Positions 49,950 through 58,301 of a stretch of DNA of 64,000 nt are shown piece after piece. Position numbers and translations under genes: made by a program. The notes beneath the pieces are model-generated. The model worked only from the letters and a program-made list of their open reading frames with translations, was not told where the DNA came from and did no database searches. The stretch comes from an uncultured Acidobacteriota bacterium (GTDB lineage Bacteria; Acidobacteriota; Thermoanaerobaculia; UBA5066): positions 640,001-704,000 of the forward strand of contig CAVZYA010000001.1 of NCBI GenBank assembly GCA_963779415.1, given 5' to 3'. Within the stretch, counting starts at the first letter, position 1; every line of letters starts with the position of its first letter.

Positions 49950-50365
49950 TGCGGAACAAGACATTGGCTCCGGCCATCAAAGTCGCCATCGTTCTCGACC
50001 GGGCGTTTCAGGGCGCATCTCTGCGCGAACTCGCCCAACAGTGCCACGTCTGGTTGGTCGGAACCGAGGCAAACGTGCGCGAGGCCCGGTCTTTCTGGGC
50101 GGCATTCCCGGGAGCCACCCGTACTTCCAGTCTTACCACGTTCACGCCCGGCGATCACGCGGAGCCGGCAGCCGAGTGCGCGGCTCTCCTGCATAACATC
50201 GACCTTCATCACGGGCCAGTATCGTCTGTGCCACCGTACAGCGTCCTCGAGATCATCGGCGCCACGCTCACCCCTTCTTTCGAGCAGGTGTGTCGTTCCC
50301 TCGGTTTCTCGTCCTTCGTCAACACGGCTGCCGGCTTCCAGGCCGAGCGGCCGCCCGCAACCTAA
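49949..50365 (+). CDS. Gene-cassette hypothetical protein (138 aa)
   Basis: Flanked by GTTAGGTTGCGG (49943-49954) and its exact reverse complement CCGCAACCTAAC (50355-50366). The stop codon lies inside the RYYYAAC inverse core. Confidence 0.7.
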   Translation: MRNKTLAPAIKVAIVLDRAFQGASLRELAQQCHVWLVGTEANVREARSFWAAFPGATRTSSLTTFTPGDHAEPAAECAALLHNIDLHHGPVSSVPPYSVLEIIGATLTPSFEQVCRSLGFSSFVNTAAGFQAERPPAT

Positions 50366-50370
50366 CCACG

Positions 50371-50900
50371 TATCTGGACTCCTCCTGTTGGTCAAGTGCG
50401 GGCGGTGTCTGATCCTCTCCTTCTAAGCAAGGCGACGTTTCGATGGGCGAGGGAGTCTCCCAGAGCGTTTCACGGACGGCCGGAAGGGCGCTCCCGGCCC
50501 CCTCGCGCATCGTCACCCCGAATTCCCTCAGAAGACCCCTCACCGTGTTCAGCCGTGCGATCCGGGTCTTCATCAAGACCGCGCGAATCCGGTGAAGCGA
50601 GGAGATCGTCTGCTGCTCCACGGTTTTCACGCGCACAGGCGAGATCTCTTTCCGATGCCGCGCCGAAAGGATCGCCTCCGTGTCCCTCCGGTCGGTCGTC
50701 TGGCCGATCCGGTATTTCTTGACGTGCTGTGCCGGCAGCAGGCCGACATCGTGCCCGAAGCCCCGTGCTACCCGCCCAAAGTAGTGCGACGAGCCGCAGG
50801 TCTCCATCAGAACCCTGGCCTTCGGACACTCCGACAGAAACGCCGAAAGCTGCCGCCGGTTGAGCCGCTTCTTCTGACAGATGCGCCCCTGGCGCTCCAC
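50371..50900 (-). mobile_element. IS110-family (IS1111/attC-targeting type) remnant: transposase N-terminal fragment plus one element end
   Basis: RVLMETCGSSHYFGR...LLPAQHVKKY...TDRRDTEAI...RGLLREFG (DEDD RuvC-like domain), truncated at both ends. End sequence TTGACCAACAGGAGGAGTCCAGATA on the minus strand. Confidence 0.8.
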
Positions 50901-50920
50901 TGAACGCGGTATCGTTGGGC
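50900..50920 (+). mobile_element. 3' half of an attC site (L'-spacer-R')
   Basis: CTGAAC-GCGGTATC-GTTGGGC, with the GTTRRRY core at 50914-50920, directly after the transposase fragment. Confidence 0.6.
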
Positions 50921-50942
50921 TGCAGGAGGGAGTCCGCGTTCG

Positions 50943-51176
50943 GTGGACTTCGAGCTTCTCTCGGCCATCACGGAAATCGAGACCATCGCTCGCGGGGCCG
51001 GCATTCGCGAGCTTCCACGCTTGCGGCGCGTGTACGGCCCGGCGCGCTGGCTCAAGCGGAAGGGCTTCGCTTTCGTTCGCGCCTCGGATGGCCTAACCTA
51101 CCGGGCGGAGATTCACTGGTATGAAGCGAGTGGCATCGGTCGGAAAGAACTCAAGGTCAAGCGCTACCTCCCGTAA
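50943..51176 (+). CDS. Small basic hypothetical protein, first gene of a two-gene cassette (toxin-antitoxin-like pair)
   Basis: 77 aa, EIETIA.G.GIRE..RL...YG..RW.KRKG...AEIHWYEASGIGRKE.K. GGAGG RBS present. Confidence 0.7.
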   Translation: MDFELLSAITEIETIARGAGIRELPRLRRVYGPARWLKRKGFAFVRASDGLTYRAEIHWYEASGIGRKELKVKRYLP

Positions 51177-51426
51177 GCCGGCCGCCGCGCCAGCGCACCG
51201 GGCTCGGCGGTACGTTATCTGTGTGAGCTCTGCCGGCTATCGCGCTTCACTCGAGGTCGGTAAGGTCTACCGCAGCCTCGGCACTCCTTCCCATGGCCCG
51301 GCGGACCATCTGCGCGTCGTCGACGAGTCTGGCGAGGACTACGTTTACCCGAAGGGTCTCTTTCGGGCCATCACCCTTCCCGTTCCCGTTCAGCGCGCGC
51401 TCTCTCACGCCGTCTCTGCAGCCTGA
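51121..51426 (+). CDS. Small hypothetical protein, second gene of the cassette (start uncertain)
   Basis: YVICV...Y.ASLE..KVY...LRVVDESGEDYVYP..F. The stop lies in GCCTGAC, within CTGCAGCCTGAC, which nearly complements the cassette start GTTGGGCTGCAG. Confidence 0.7.
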   Translation: MKRVASVGKNSRSSATSRKPAAAPAHRARRYVICVSSAGYRASLEVGKVYRSLGTPSHGPADHLRVVDESGEDYVYPKGLFRAITLPVPVQRALSHAVSAA

Positions 51427-51431
51427 CCACG

Positions 51432-51493
51432 TATCTGGACTCCTCCTGTTGGTCAAGTGCGGGCGGTGTCTGATTTTCTCCTACTCAGCAAGG
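51432..51493 (-). repeat. Second copy of the IS1111-type end (direct repeat of 50371-50432)
   Basis: TATCTGGACTCCTCCTGTTGGTCAAGTGCGGGCGGTGTCTGAT...AGCAAGG repeats 1061 nt apart, each time after inverse core + CACG. Confidence 0.85.
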
Positions 51494-51694
51494 TGAGATT
51501 CCGACGATCGAAGGTCTTGCCGCGCCGGCGCACGAGTCGTTCATCCCGATGGAGTCCTTCGCCGAACGCTGGATTGAGGGGAACGGGGTCAAGGCCCGGC
51601 TCGGTGCAGCTCCGCGGCCGGAACGACAAGGCTGTTTGGTCATGGGGTCAGAGCTGTTCGAGTCCCTCCGGCAGGGTGACACCGGGACCAGACT

Positions 51695-53071
51695 TCAGCC
51701 GTTCTCCAGCCCGTAGTGCTTGGTCTTCTCCCAGAGGGTCTTGCGGCTCACGCCCAGAATCTGGGCCGCTTCGCTGCGGCGCCCCTCGGTGCGGGAAAGC
51801 GCCGCCCGGATCGCCTCGATCTCCGCCTGCTCCACGGCCTCCTGAAGGGTCGTCGTCTCCTGCGCCGGAGCACGGCGGGGGGCGGGGCTGGCCGTCCGGA
51901 GATTGGCCGGAAGATCCTCGAGTGCGATCTTCGCTTTCCTGCTGAAGAGCGCGGCCCTCTCGACGACGTTACGAAGCTCCCGGACGTTCCCCGCCCAGTG
52001 GTAGGCGTCGAAAGCTTCCAGAACCCCGTCGGAGAACCCTTCGATCGTCTTCCGGCGCTCACGGCTGAACCCCTCCAGGAACGAGGTGGCCAGAACCGGG
52101 ATGTCCTCCCGTCTCTCGCGCAGCGGGGGGAGATGGATGGTCACCGTGTTGATCCGGAAGAAGAGGTCCTCCCGGAAGAGGCCTTCGGAAATCTCCTCCT
52201 CGAGCGGGCGGAGCGATGCCGCGACGATCCGGACGTTGATGTCGATCGGGCGCTGGGATCCGAGCCGCTCGATCTGCCGCTCCTGGAGGACGCGGAGCAG
52301 CTTCACCTGGAACGAGAGGGGCAGTTCGCCGATCTCGTCGAGAAACAGCGTTCCTCCCGAGGCCGCCTCGAACCGCCCGATCCGACGTTCCGAAGCGCCG
52401 GTGAAGGCCCCCTTCTCGTAACCGAACAGCTCGGACTCCAGGAGCGACTCCGGCAGGGAGGCGCAGCTCACACGGATGTACGGCCGCGTCCGGCGGACCG
52501 AGTTGTAATGGATGGCGGAGGCGACCAGCTCCTTGCCGGTTCCGCTCTCCCCCTGGATCAGGACGCTCGCGTCCGAATCGGCCACGACCTTGATCAGCTC
52601 GAACACCTCGAGCATCCTTTTGCTCTTTCCGATGATGTTGCCGAAGGAGAACCGCTTTTCGAGCTGCTCCTGGAGCCGGATGTTCTGCTCCTTCAGGAGC
52701 CGGAACGAGCAGACGTTGTCCAGCCTCAGGACGAGCTGCACCATCGAGAACGGCTTGGCGATGAAGTCCGCGGCCCCGAGGTGCATCGCCTCCACCGCCG
52801 TCTCGACCGTGCCGTGAGCGGTGATGATGATGACCGTCGTGTCGGCCTGGAGAGCCTTGACGCGCCGGAGCAGCTCGATGCCGTCCATGCGCGGCATCAG
52901 GAGGTCGGTCAGGATGACCTCGTGCCGTTGACGCTCGAACAGCGCGAGGGCCTTCGCGCCGTCCTCCACGACGTCCACCTCCCACCCCTCCTTCCGGAGG
53001 GCGTCGGCGATCGTGACCCGGAGGATCGGTTCGTCCTCGACGACGAGGAGCCGGTGCCCGCAAGGCCTCAT
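51695..53071 (-). CDS. Sigma54-dependent response regulator (REC-AAA+-Fis HTH)
   Basis: LLVVEDE, GESGTGKE, GAFTGA, LFLDEIGE, WAGNVREL, AAQILGVSRKTLWEK. Start set at MRPCGHRLL with an ATGA overlap. Confidence 0.95.
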   Translation of the reverse strand: MRPCGHRLLVVEDEPILRVTIADALRKEGWEVDVVEDGAKALALFERQRHEVILTDLLMPRMDGIELLRRVKALQADTTVIIITAHGTVETAVEAMHLGAADFIAKPFSMVQLVLRLDNVCSFRLLKEQNIRLQEQLEKRFSFGNIIGKSKRMLEVFELIKVVADSDASVLIQGESGTGKELVASAIHYNSVRRTRPYIRVSCASLPESLLESELFGYEKGAFTGASERRIGRFEAASGGTLFLDEIGELPLSFQVKLLRVLQERQIERLGSQRPIDINVRIVAASLRPLEEEISEGLFREDLFFRINTVTIHLPPLRERREDIPVLATSFLEGFSRERRKTIEGFSDGVLEAFDAYHWAGNVRELRNVVERAALFSRKAKIALEDLPANLRTASPAPRRAPAQETTTLQEAVEQAEIEAIRAALSRTEGRRSEAAQILGVSRKTLWEKTKHYGLENG

Positions 53072-54543
53072 GACCCCGCCTCCCCGTTCTCCCGGGGCGG
53101 GCTCTGGGGGAGGCTGACCCGGAACGTGGATCCCTTCCCCATCTGACTTTCCACGGAAAGCGTCCCTCCATGAGCCGCCACGATGTTGTAGCTTACCGAG
53201 AGTCCCAGACCGGTCCCCTTTCCCACCTCGCGGGTGGAGAAAAAGGGATCGAAGATCCGGTCCTGGATCTCCTCGGGAATGCCCGCCCCGGTGTCGGCCA
53301 CCTCCGCCACCACGCGTCCGCCCGCGATGCGCGTCCGGAAAGTCAGCCACCCCCCTTTCGGCATCGCCTCGATGGCGTTCAGGACCAGGTTCAGGAAGAG
53401 CTGCTCCATCTGAAAGTGGTCCACGAGGACGATCGGCTCGACCGGTGACAGGTCGAACTCCACCTCGACGTTGTTCTTCCGGAGCTGATACTGGACCAGC
53501 TCGGCCACGTGGTGGAGGTTGTGGTTTAGGGAGGTCGGCTCGGGACGTATGGCGCCGGGCCGCGAGAAGTCGAGGAGATTTAGGACTGTGTGCTCGATCC
53601 GCCGGATCCCGTCCTGCACCAGATCGAGATACCGTTCGCGCATCTCGGTATCTCCCGGGTTCGCGCGGATCGTCTCGAGACAGGTGAGGATGCCGGCCAG
53701 CGGGTTGTTCACCTCGTGGGCCACGCCGGCGGCGAGGGTCCCGACGGCGACCATCTTCTCCGTGTGCGCGAGCTGGACTCGCCGCACCTCCTCCCGCCCC
53801 CGGGCCCGCTCGAGCTCCTCCATCGTCCGGTTGAAGGCGGCCGCCAGCTCGCCCACCTCGTCCCAGCGCCTGACCGTGGCCCGGGCCTTGAGATCCCCGT
53901 GCTCCGCTTTCGAGATGGTGTTGTGCAGATTGAGGATGGGCCGGATCAGCGTCTCGACGTAGACGGCCGTGAGGATGGAGTTCCCGAGCATGAGAAGGAG
54001 CGCGACCAGCCCGGCGCGCTTGGCGATGGCGCGGGCCTCCTGCTCGACGGGGGTGAGGGAGAACCCCATGGCGAGGGAGCCCCAGAAGCGCGTCGAGATG
54101 GCGAGGGGGGTCCGGACCTCGAGGATCCGCTCTCCCTCCGGGGAGGTCTGCGGCACCACGACGGACGGCTTGCCGATCGCCGTCCGGTCGAGGGCGCCGG
54201 CGTACCGCCGTCCGATCAGGTTCCAGAGGTTGGAATGGACCACCACGCCGTCGGTATCGGCAATGACGACATACCGGACGAGGTCCCTGTTTCGCTCGAG
54301 AAGCCCGCTGACGTAGTTCTCGATCAGCCCTTCCTCCGTCACGAGCCCCAGCTCCTCGTACATCAGGGCGTCGGTGACCGGGACGGCGAAGGTCTCGGTG
54401 AGGGTAAGCCCGCGGCCGACGATCTCCCGGTAGCGGGTCTGCCGTTCGTGGACGACCGACAGCAGGGTCACGAGCCCCATAGTCACTACGATGAGGGTGT
54501 TGGAGTAGAGGAAGAACTTGGTCCGGATGCCGAGGAGTCGCAT
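53068..54543 (-). CDS. HAMP-containing sensor histidine kinase
   Basis: Two TM helices, HAMP ([11 protein letters not shown]), [27 protein letters not shown]. Confidence 0.92.
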   Translation of the reverse strand: MRLLGIRTKFFLYSNTLIVVTMGLVTLLSVVHERQTRYREIVGRGLTLTETFAVPVTDALMYEELGLVTEEGLIENYVSGLLERNRDLVRYVVIADTDGVVVHSNLWNLIGRRYAGALDRTAIGKPSVVVPQTSPEGERILEVRTPLAISTRFWGSLAMGFSLTPVEQEARAIAKRAGLVALLLMLGNSILTAVYVETLIRPILNLHNTISKAEHGDLKARATVRRWDEVGELAAAFNRTMEELERARGREEVRRVQLAHTEKMVAVGTLAAGVAHEVNNPLAGILTCLETIRANPGDTEMRERYLDLVQDGIRRIEHTVLNLLDFSRPGAIRPEPTSLNHNLHHVAELVQYQLRKNNVEVEFDLSPVEPIVLVDHFQMEQLFLNLVLNAIEAMPKGGWLTFRTRIAGGRVVAEVADTGAGIPEEIQDRIFDPFFSTREVGKGTGLGLSVSYNIVAAHGGTLSVESQMGKGSTFRVSLPQSPPRENGEAGS

Positions 54544-54545
54544 CG

Positions 54546-55445
54546 TCACTTCTGCCCGGGGCGACACTCCAGGAGAGCTTCGGGAGCGGTCAGGGCGGAA
54601 GGGCCGAAGAGCTTCACCGCGAGACGGCGGACGGGATCGTAATCCGAGTCGGACGCCGGGAGAAAACCTCCGGCCAGCTCTTCGTCCCACCCACGGATCC
54701 TCTCCGCCGTCGCGGGATCCTTGCCCGGGCCGAGGACGAGGGCGCGGATCAGCTCCTCCTGGAGTGCCGGATCGCTCCCGGGCGCGACCGCGATCAGGAA
54801 TCCCGGAATCTCCTCCGTGCGCGCCAGAATCCGGAGGCCCCGCCGCGTGTACTTCACACCGACGTTCTCCCTGATTCCGCAGGCGTCCACCTCTCCGCGC
54901 AGGACGGCGCGGGCCGCCTCCTCCTGATGCGCGTAGTGACGGCAGGCGACGTCGACGCCCGGGCGGAGTCCGGCGTCCACGAGAGTCGCGCGTGCCTCGA
55001 GGTAGGACGCCGAGGCCATCGGCGGGCCGAAGCCGATCCTTTTTCCGGCCAGATCCGGGAGGTTCTTCAGCGGACTGTCGGCCCGCACCATGATCAGGCC
55101 GCGATACGTCGGCTTCCCGCCGGTCACGAGCTTGACGACCGGGAGCACCTTGCAGGCCGCCTGGGCCCGTGCGTAAGCGAAGGGGCCGAGCCAGGCGCCC
55201 GTCAGCTTCCCGGAGCAGAGGTCCCGAACGAGGCGCTCGTACGAGGGGACGACCACGAGGTTCCACGGAGTTCCGGTGGCGCCCGTCAGGTAGTCCACCA
55301 GGGGCTGGTACTTGAGATACATCAAGCGGGGGTTGTAGACACTCACGACACCCAGACCCAGAGAGGGCGGCGGAGCCGGCGAGGCCGCGGCTCGAAGGCC
55401 CGCCAGGGCGAGGATCAGACCACCGGCGGTCTTCAGCCCCGTCAT
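54546..55445 (-). CDS. PhnD/SsuA-type periplasmic oxyanion-binding protein
   Basis: Signal peptide, YQPLVDYL, LGPFAY, YRGLIMVRADS...DLAGKRIGFG..MASASYL, AVLRGEVDA. Confidence 0.8.
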   Translation of the reverse strand: MTGLKTAGGLILALAGLRAAASPAPPPSLGLGVVSVYNPRLMYLKYQPLVDYLTGATGTPWNLVVVPSYERLVRDLCSGKLTGAWLGPFAYARAQAACKVLPVVKLVTGGKPTYRGLIMVRADSPLKNLPDLAGKRIGFGPPMASASYLEARATLVDAGLRPGVDVACRHYAHQEEAARAVLRGEVDACGIRENVGVKYTRRGLRILARTEEIPGFLIAVAPGSDPALQEELIRALVLGPGKDPATAERIRGWDEELAGGFLPASDSDYDPVRRLAVKLFGPSALTAPEALLECRPGQK

Positions 55446-57193
55446 CTTCCGTCTCCGAGGGCGGCGATCAGCGCGGCCCGGCTCCCCTCTCCGCTCACTT
55501 CCACCACCCGGCTCCAGCCGATCTCCCGCGCACGGCACGCGGCCTCACGTCCGAGGCACCATGCCACGACTTCCCCGCTCCAGGCTCCCTTCTCTGCGGC
55601 CAGCGCATCCACTTCCCTCCGGCTCCTGAGAAGACAGCCCGTCAGCGGGAGCGCGGCCGCTGCCGTTCGGGCCGCTCTCGTCAGCGGCAGGGGCACCTCG
55701 ATGACCTCGGCGCCAGCCACCTCCAGAGCATCGCGCAGGTCGCCCGCCGGCGACGCGACCAGAATCCGGTGACCGAAGAGCGGGCGGCCGGAGAACCAAT
55801 CGAGATGCGCGGCATGGCGGACCGCGTGTCCGATGACGAAGAGGGCCGGCGGCCGGATTCCGGCGGCCTCAGCCGCCCCCGGAAGATCGCGGAGCGGCGC
55901 GCGGACGACCTTCTGGGCCGGCGTCGTCCCCCGTTCGACGATCGCGGCGGGCACGTCGGGGTCCATTCCGGCCGCGAGGAGGCTCGCCGTGACGTTCTTC
56001 AGCGCCGAGACTCCCATGAAGCCGACGAGAGTCGCCGAAGGGTCGCGGGCGAGCAGATCCCAGTGCACCTGCGGCCCGCCTTTCTTGATGCTCTCGTGCG
56101 CCGTGACCAGGGTGACGCGAACGGCCTCGTCCCGGAAGGTCACGGGAATCCCGGCGTAGATCGGAACGGCGATTCCCGCCGTCACGCCGGGGACGATCTC
56201 GAAGGGGATTCCTGCCCGGGAGAGCGACTCGGCTTCTTCGCCTCCCCGCCCGAAGATGCAGGGATCGCCCCCCTTGAAGCGAACCACGCGCTTTCCTTCA
56301 CGGGCCCGGCGGATCAGCAGCGCCTCGATCTCTTCCTGCGGCACCGGGTGATTCCCCGCCTCCTTCCCGACGGGGCAGAGTTCCACGGAAGCGGGCAGAT
56401 CCGAGGGGAGAGCCGGCTCGGCGAGGCGGTCGTAGACCACCACGTCGGCGGCCAGCGTCCGTTGCCGGCCCCTCACGGTCAGGAGGCCCGGGTCCCCGGG
56501 ACCGGCGCCCACGAGGGAGACGAGACCGACGCCCGCCGGGAGCGGATCGATGGTCGCCGGCGAGGGCACTTCCGCGCCGGCGAGCAGGGCGCTCTCCTCT
56601 TCCGTGGAAGGAATGCGGACCGCCAGCGTCTCCGGATCGACCGTGGCAGCGAAGAATCGATCGAAAATCCTCTCCCGGTCCGGCCCCTCTGTCGTCAAGG
56701 AACGCACCCTCTCCCGGAATCGCCCCGAGGCCGAGATCCAGTCCGCCCATGCGGCCGGGAACCGCCGTTCCAGGAGCTGGCGAAGCCGCCGGACGGCGAA
56801 CGGCGCCGTCCCCTCGGAGGTCACGGCCACCTGTAGAGAGCCGCGCGTCACGCGCGCGGGCATCTGAAATGTGCAGAGGTCGGGGTCGTCGGCCACGTTG
56901 ACCCAGATCCCCGCTCCCCCGGCGTCCTCGGCCACGCGGCGGTTCGTTCCGACATCGTCGGTGGCCGCGAAGACGAGGGAGTATCTGGCGGCCTCCTTGT
57001 CGAGGTATTTCCGGCGTTCGAGGACCAGCTCTCCCCGGGAGGCGAGGAGCTCCAGCTCCGGGACGGGGGAAGGTGCCACCACCGTGACACGGGAGCCGGA
57101 CTCGAGAAGCGTCTCGGCCTTGCGCCTGGCCACCTCACCGCCGCCAACGACGAGGCACGCACGGCCCTTGAGGTCGAGCACGACGGGAAGCAT
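55442..57193 (-). CDS. cysG: Siroheme synthase (precorrin-2 dehydrogenase/chelatase + uroporphyrinogen-III methyltransferase) with a short HemD-like tail
   Basis: LVVGGGEVARRK, WVNVADDP, VSLVGAGPGDPGLLTVRG, VVRFKGGDP.IFGRGGEE, VPGVTAG, then WFSGRPLFGHRILV...GAEVIEVP. Confidence 0.88.
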   Translation of the reverse strand: MLPVVLDLKGRACLVVGGGEVARRKAETLLESGSRVTVVAPSPVPELELLASRGELVLERRKYLDKEAARYSLVFAATDDVGTNRRVAEDAGGAGIWVNVADDPDLCTFQMPARVTRGSLQVAVTSEGTAPFAVRRLRQLLERRFPAAWADWISASGRFRERVRSLTTEGPDRERIFDRFFAATVDPETLAVRIPSTEEESALLAGAEVPSPATIDPLPAGVGLVSLVGAGPGDPGLLTVRGRQRTLAADVVVYDRLAEPALPSDLPASVELCPVGKEAGNHPVPQEEIEALLIRRAREGKRVVRFKGGDPCIFGRGGEEAESLSRAGIPFEIVPGVTAGIAVPIYAGIPVTFRDEAVRVTLVTAHESIKKGGPQVHWDLLARDPSATLVGFMGVSALKNVTASLLAAGMDPDVPAAIVERGTTPAQKVVRAPLRDLPGAAEAAGIRPPALFVIGHAVRHAAHLDWFSGRPLFGHRILVASPAGDLRDALEVAGAEVIEVPLPLTRAARTAAAALPLTGCLLRSRREVDALAAEKGAWSGEVVAWCLGREAACRAREIGWSRVVEVSGEGSRAALIAALGDGR

Positions 57194-57230
57194 CACGGTT
57201 TCCGGGGGGCCGACCCCATTCGGCGTGATG

Positions 57231-58301
57231 TTACAGGAACGTAGCCGAGGCACGGCCGGCCGACGACGGGAAGCCGCGCCTCGCCTCGCCTGTCGTTGGC
57301 CCTCTTCGAGCCTCGGCCCACGACAGCCAGTCGACCAGCTCCTCCTCCACGATCCTGCGGGCCTCTTCTTCCGCGGCGCGCCGCCGCTCCGCGTCCCGGG
57401 GAAGGTGACGGGCAAGGTCCTCCAAATCGGCGAGGACGAGGCCCTCGGGGCGGTTTTCGGGCTCCTCGACCCCGCGCGGGACAGCAAGGTCCACGACCAC
57501 GATCGAGCGCCTCGTCGCCGCGAGCCAGGCCCCGGCGAGCACCGGCTCTGCGGCGTGGCAGGCACAGATGACCCCATCCGCCTCCTCGAGCGCCATGGCC
57601 CGCCACGCCCAGGGGATGGCTTCGCCCCCGGCTTCGGCCGCCAGCGTCTCCGCCCGAGAGAACGTCCGGTTCGCCACGAGAAGGCGGCCCACGCCGCGCT
57701 CTCCGAGCCGCGACACGGCAACGTGGCCCATCTCCCCTGCTCCGAGGACCAGAATGCACTTCTTCGAGAACCCGTTCAGACGGTCCGCGAGAAAGGTCAC
57801 GCCGCACTCGGCAAGGGAGCGGGCGCCCCCCTTCAGCGAGGTCTCCGCCCGGGCGCGCTTGCCGGCCCGGAAGGCGGCGTGGAAGAGCCTATGGAGGAGG
57901 ACGCCGGCCTCTCGCGCGTCACAGGCGCGCCGATACGCTTCGCGCACCTGCCCCAGAATCTGGTCCTCTCCGAGGACGGCCGACTCGAGCCCCGCGGCGA
58001 CGCGCAGGAGGTGCCGGCCGGCGTCCGCATTCTCCCGGACCGAAAGGTACGGGTTGAGGGCGGCGAACTCGGCGGGGGAAAGGCCGAGCCAGCTCCGCCA
58101 GATCTCGATCGTCCCCGGGATTCCGGCTCCTTCCGTGTAGAGCTCCAGACGATGGCAGGTGCCGACCCGGACGAGACCCTCGGAAATCAGGTTCATGGAG
58201 GGGAGAGGATCGACGCGCCGTCCGAGGAGTCGCTCCAGGACGGGGAGCGGCGTCCGCCGGTGCTCGACACCCATTTGCACGACGCAAAGAGCCGGCCTCA
58301 T
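57231..58301 (-). CDS. hemA: Glutamyl-tRNA reductase (short C-terminus)
   Basis: TCHRLE (catalytic Cys), HLLRVAAGLESAVLGEDQILGQV, LVLGAGEMG, ANRT, DLAVPRGVE. Confidence 0.88.
   Translation of the reverse strand: MRPALCVVQMGVEHRRTPLPVLERLLGRRVDPLPSMNLISEGLVRVGTCHRLELYTEGAGIPGTIEIWRSWLGLSPAEFAALNPYLSVRENADAGRHLLRVAAGLESAVLGEDQILGQVREAYRRACDAREAGVLLHRLFHAAFRAGKRARAETSLKGGARSLAECGVTFLADRLNGFSKKCILVLGAGEMGHVAVSRLGERGVGRLLVANRTFSRAETLAAEAGGEAIPWAWRAMALEEADGVICACHAAEPVLAGAWLAATRRSIVVVDLAVPRGVEEPENRPEGLVLADLEDLARHLPRDAERRRAAEEEARRIVEEELVDWLSWAEARRGPTTGEARRGFPSSAGRASATFL

Noticed and set aside
50365-51493. Direct repeat read as a CRISPR array
   Set aside because: Only two copies, 1061 nt apart, with genes between them and no cas genes. 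The sequence fits an IS1111-type end.
51494-51690. Possible bridge/seek RNA of the IS1111 element or a small ORF
   Set aside because: Similarity to the first IS end stops at 51493 and I cannot recognise a structured RNA or protein family here. Left unassigned.
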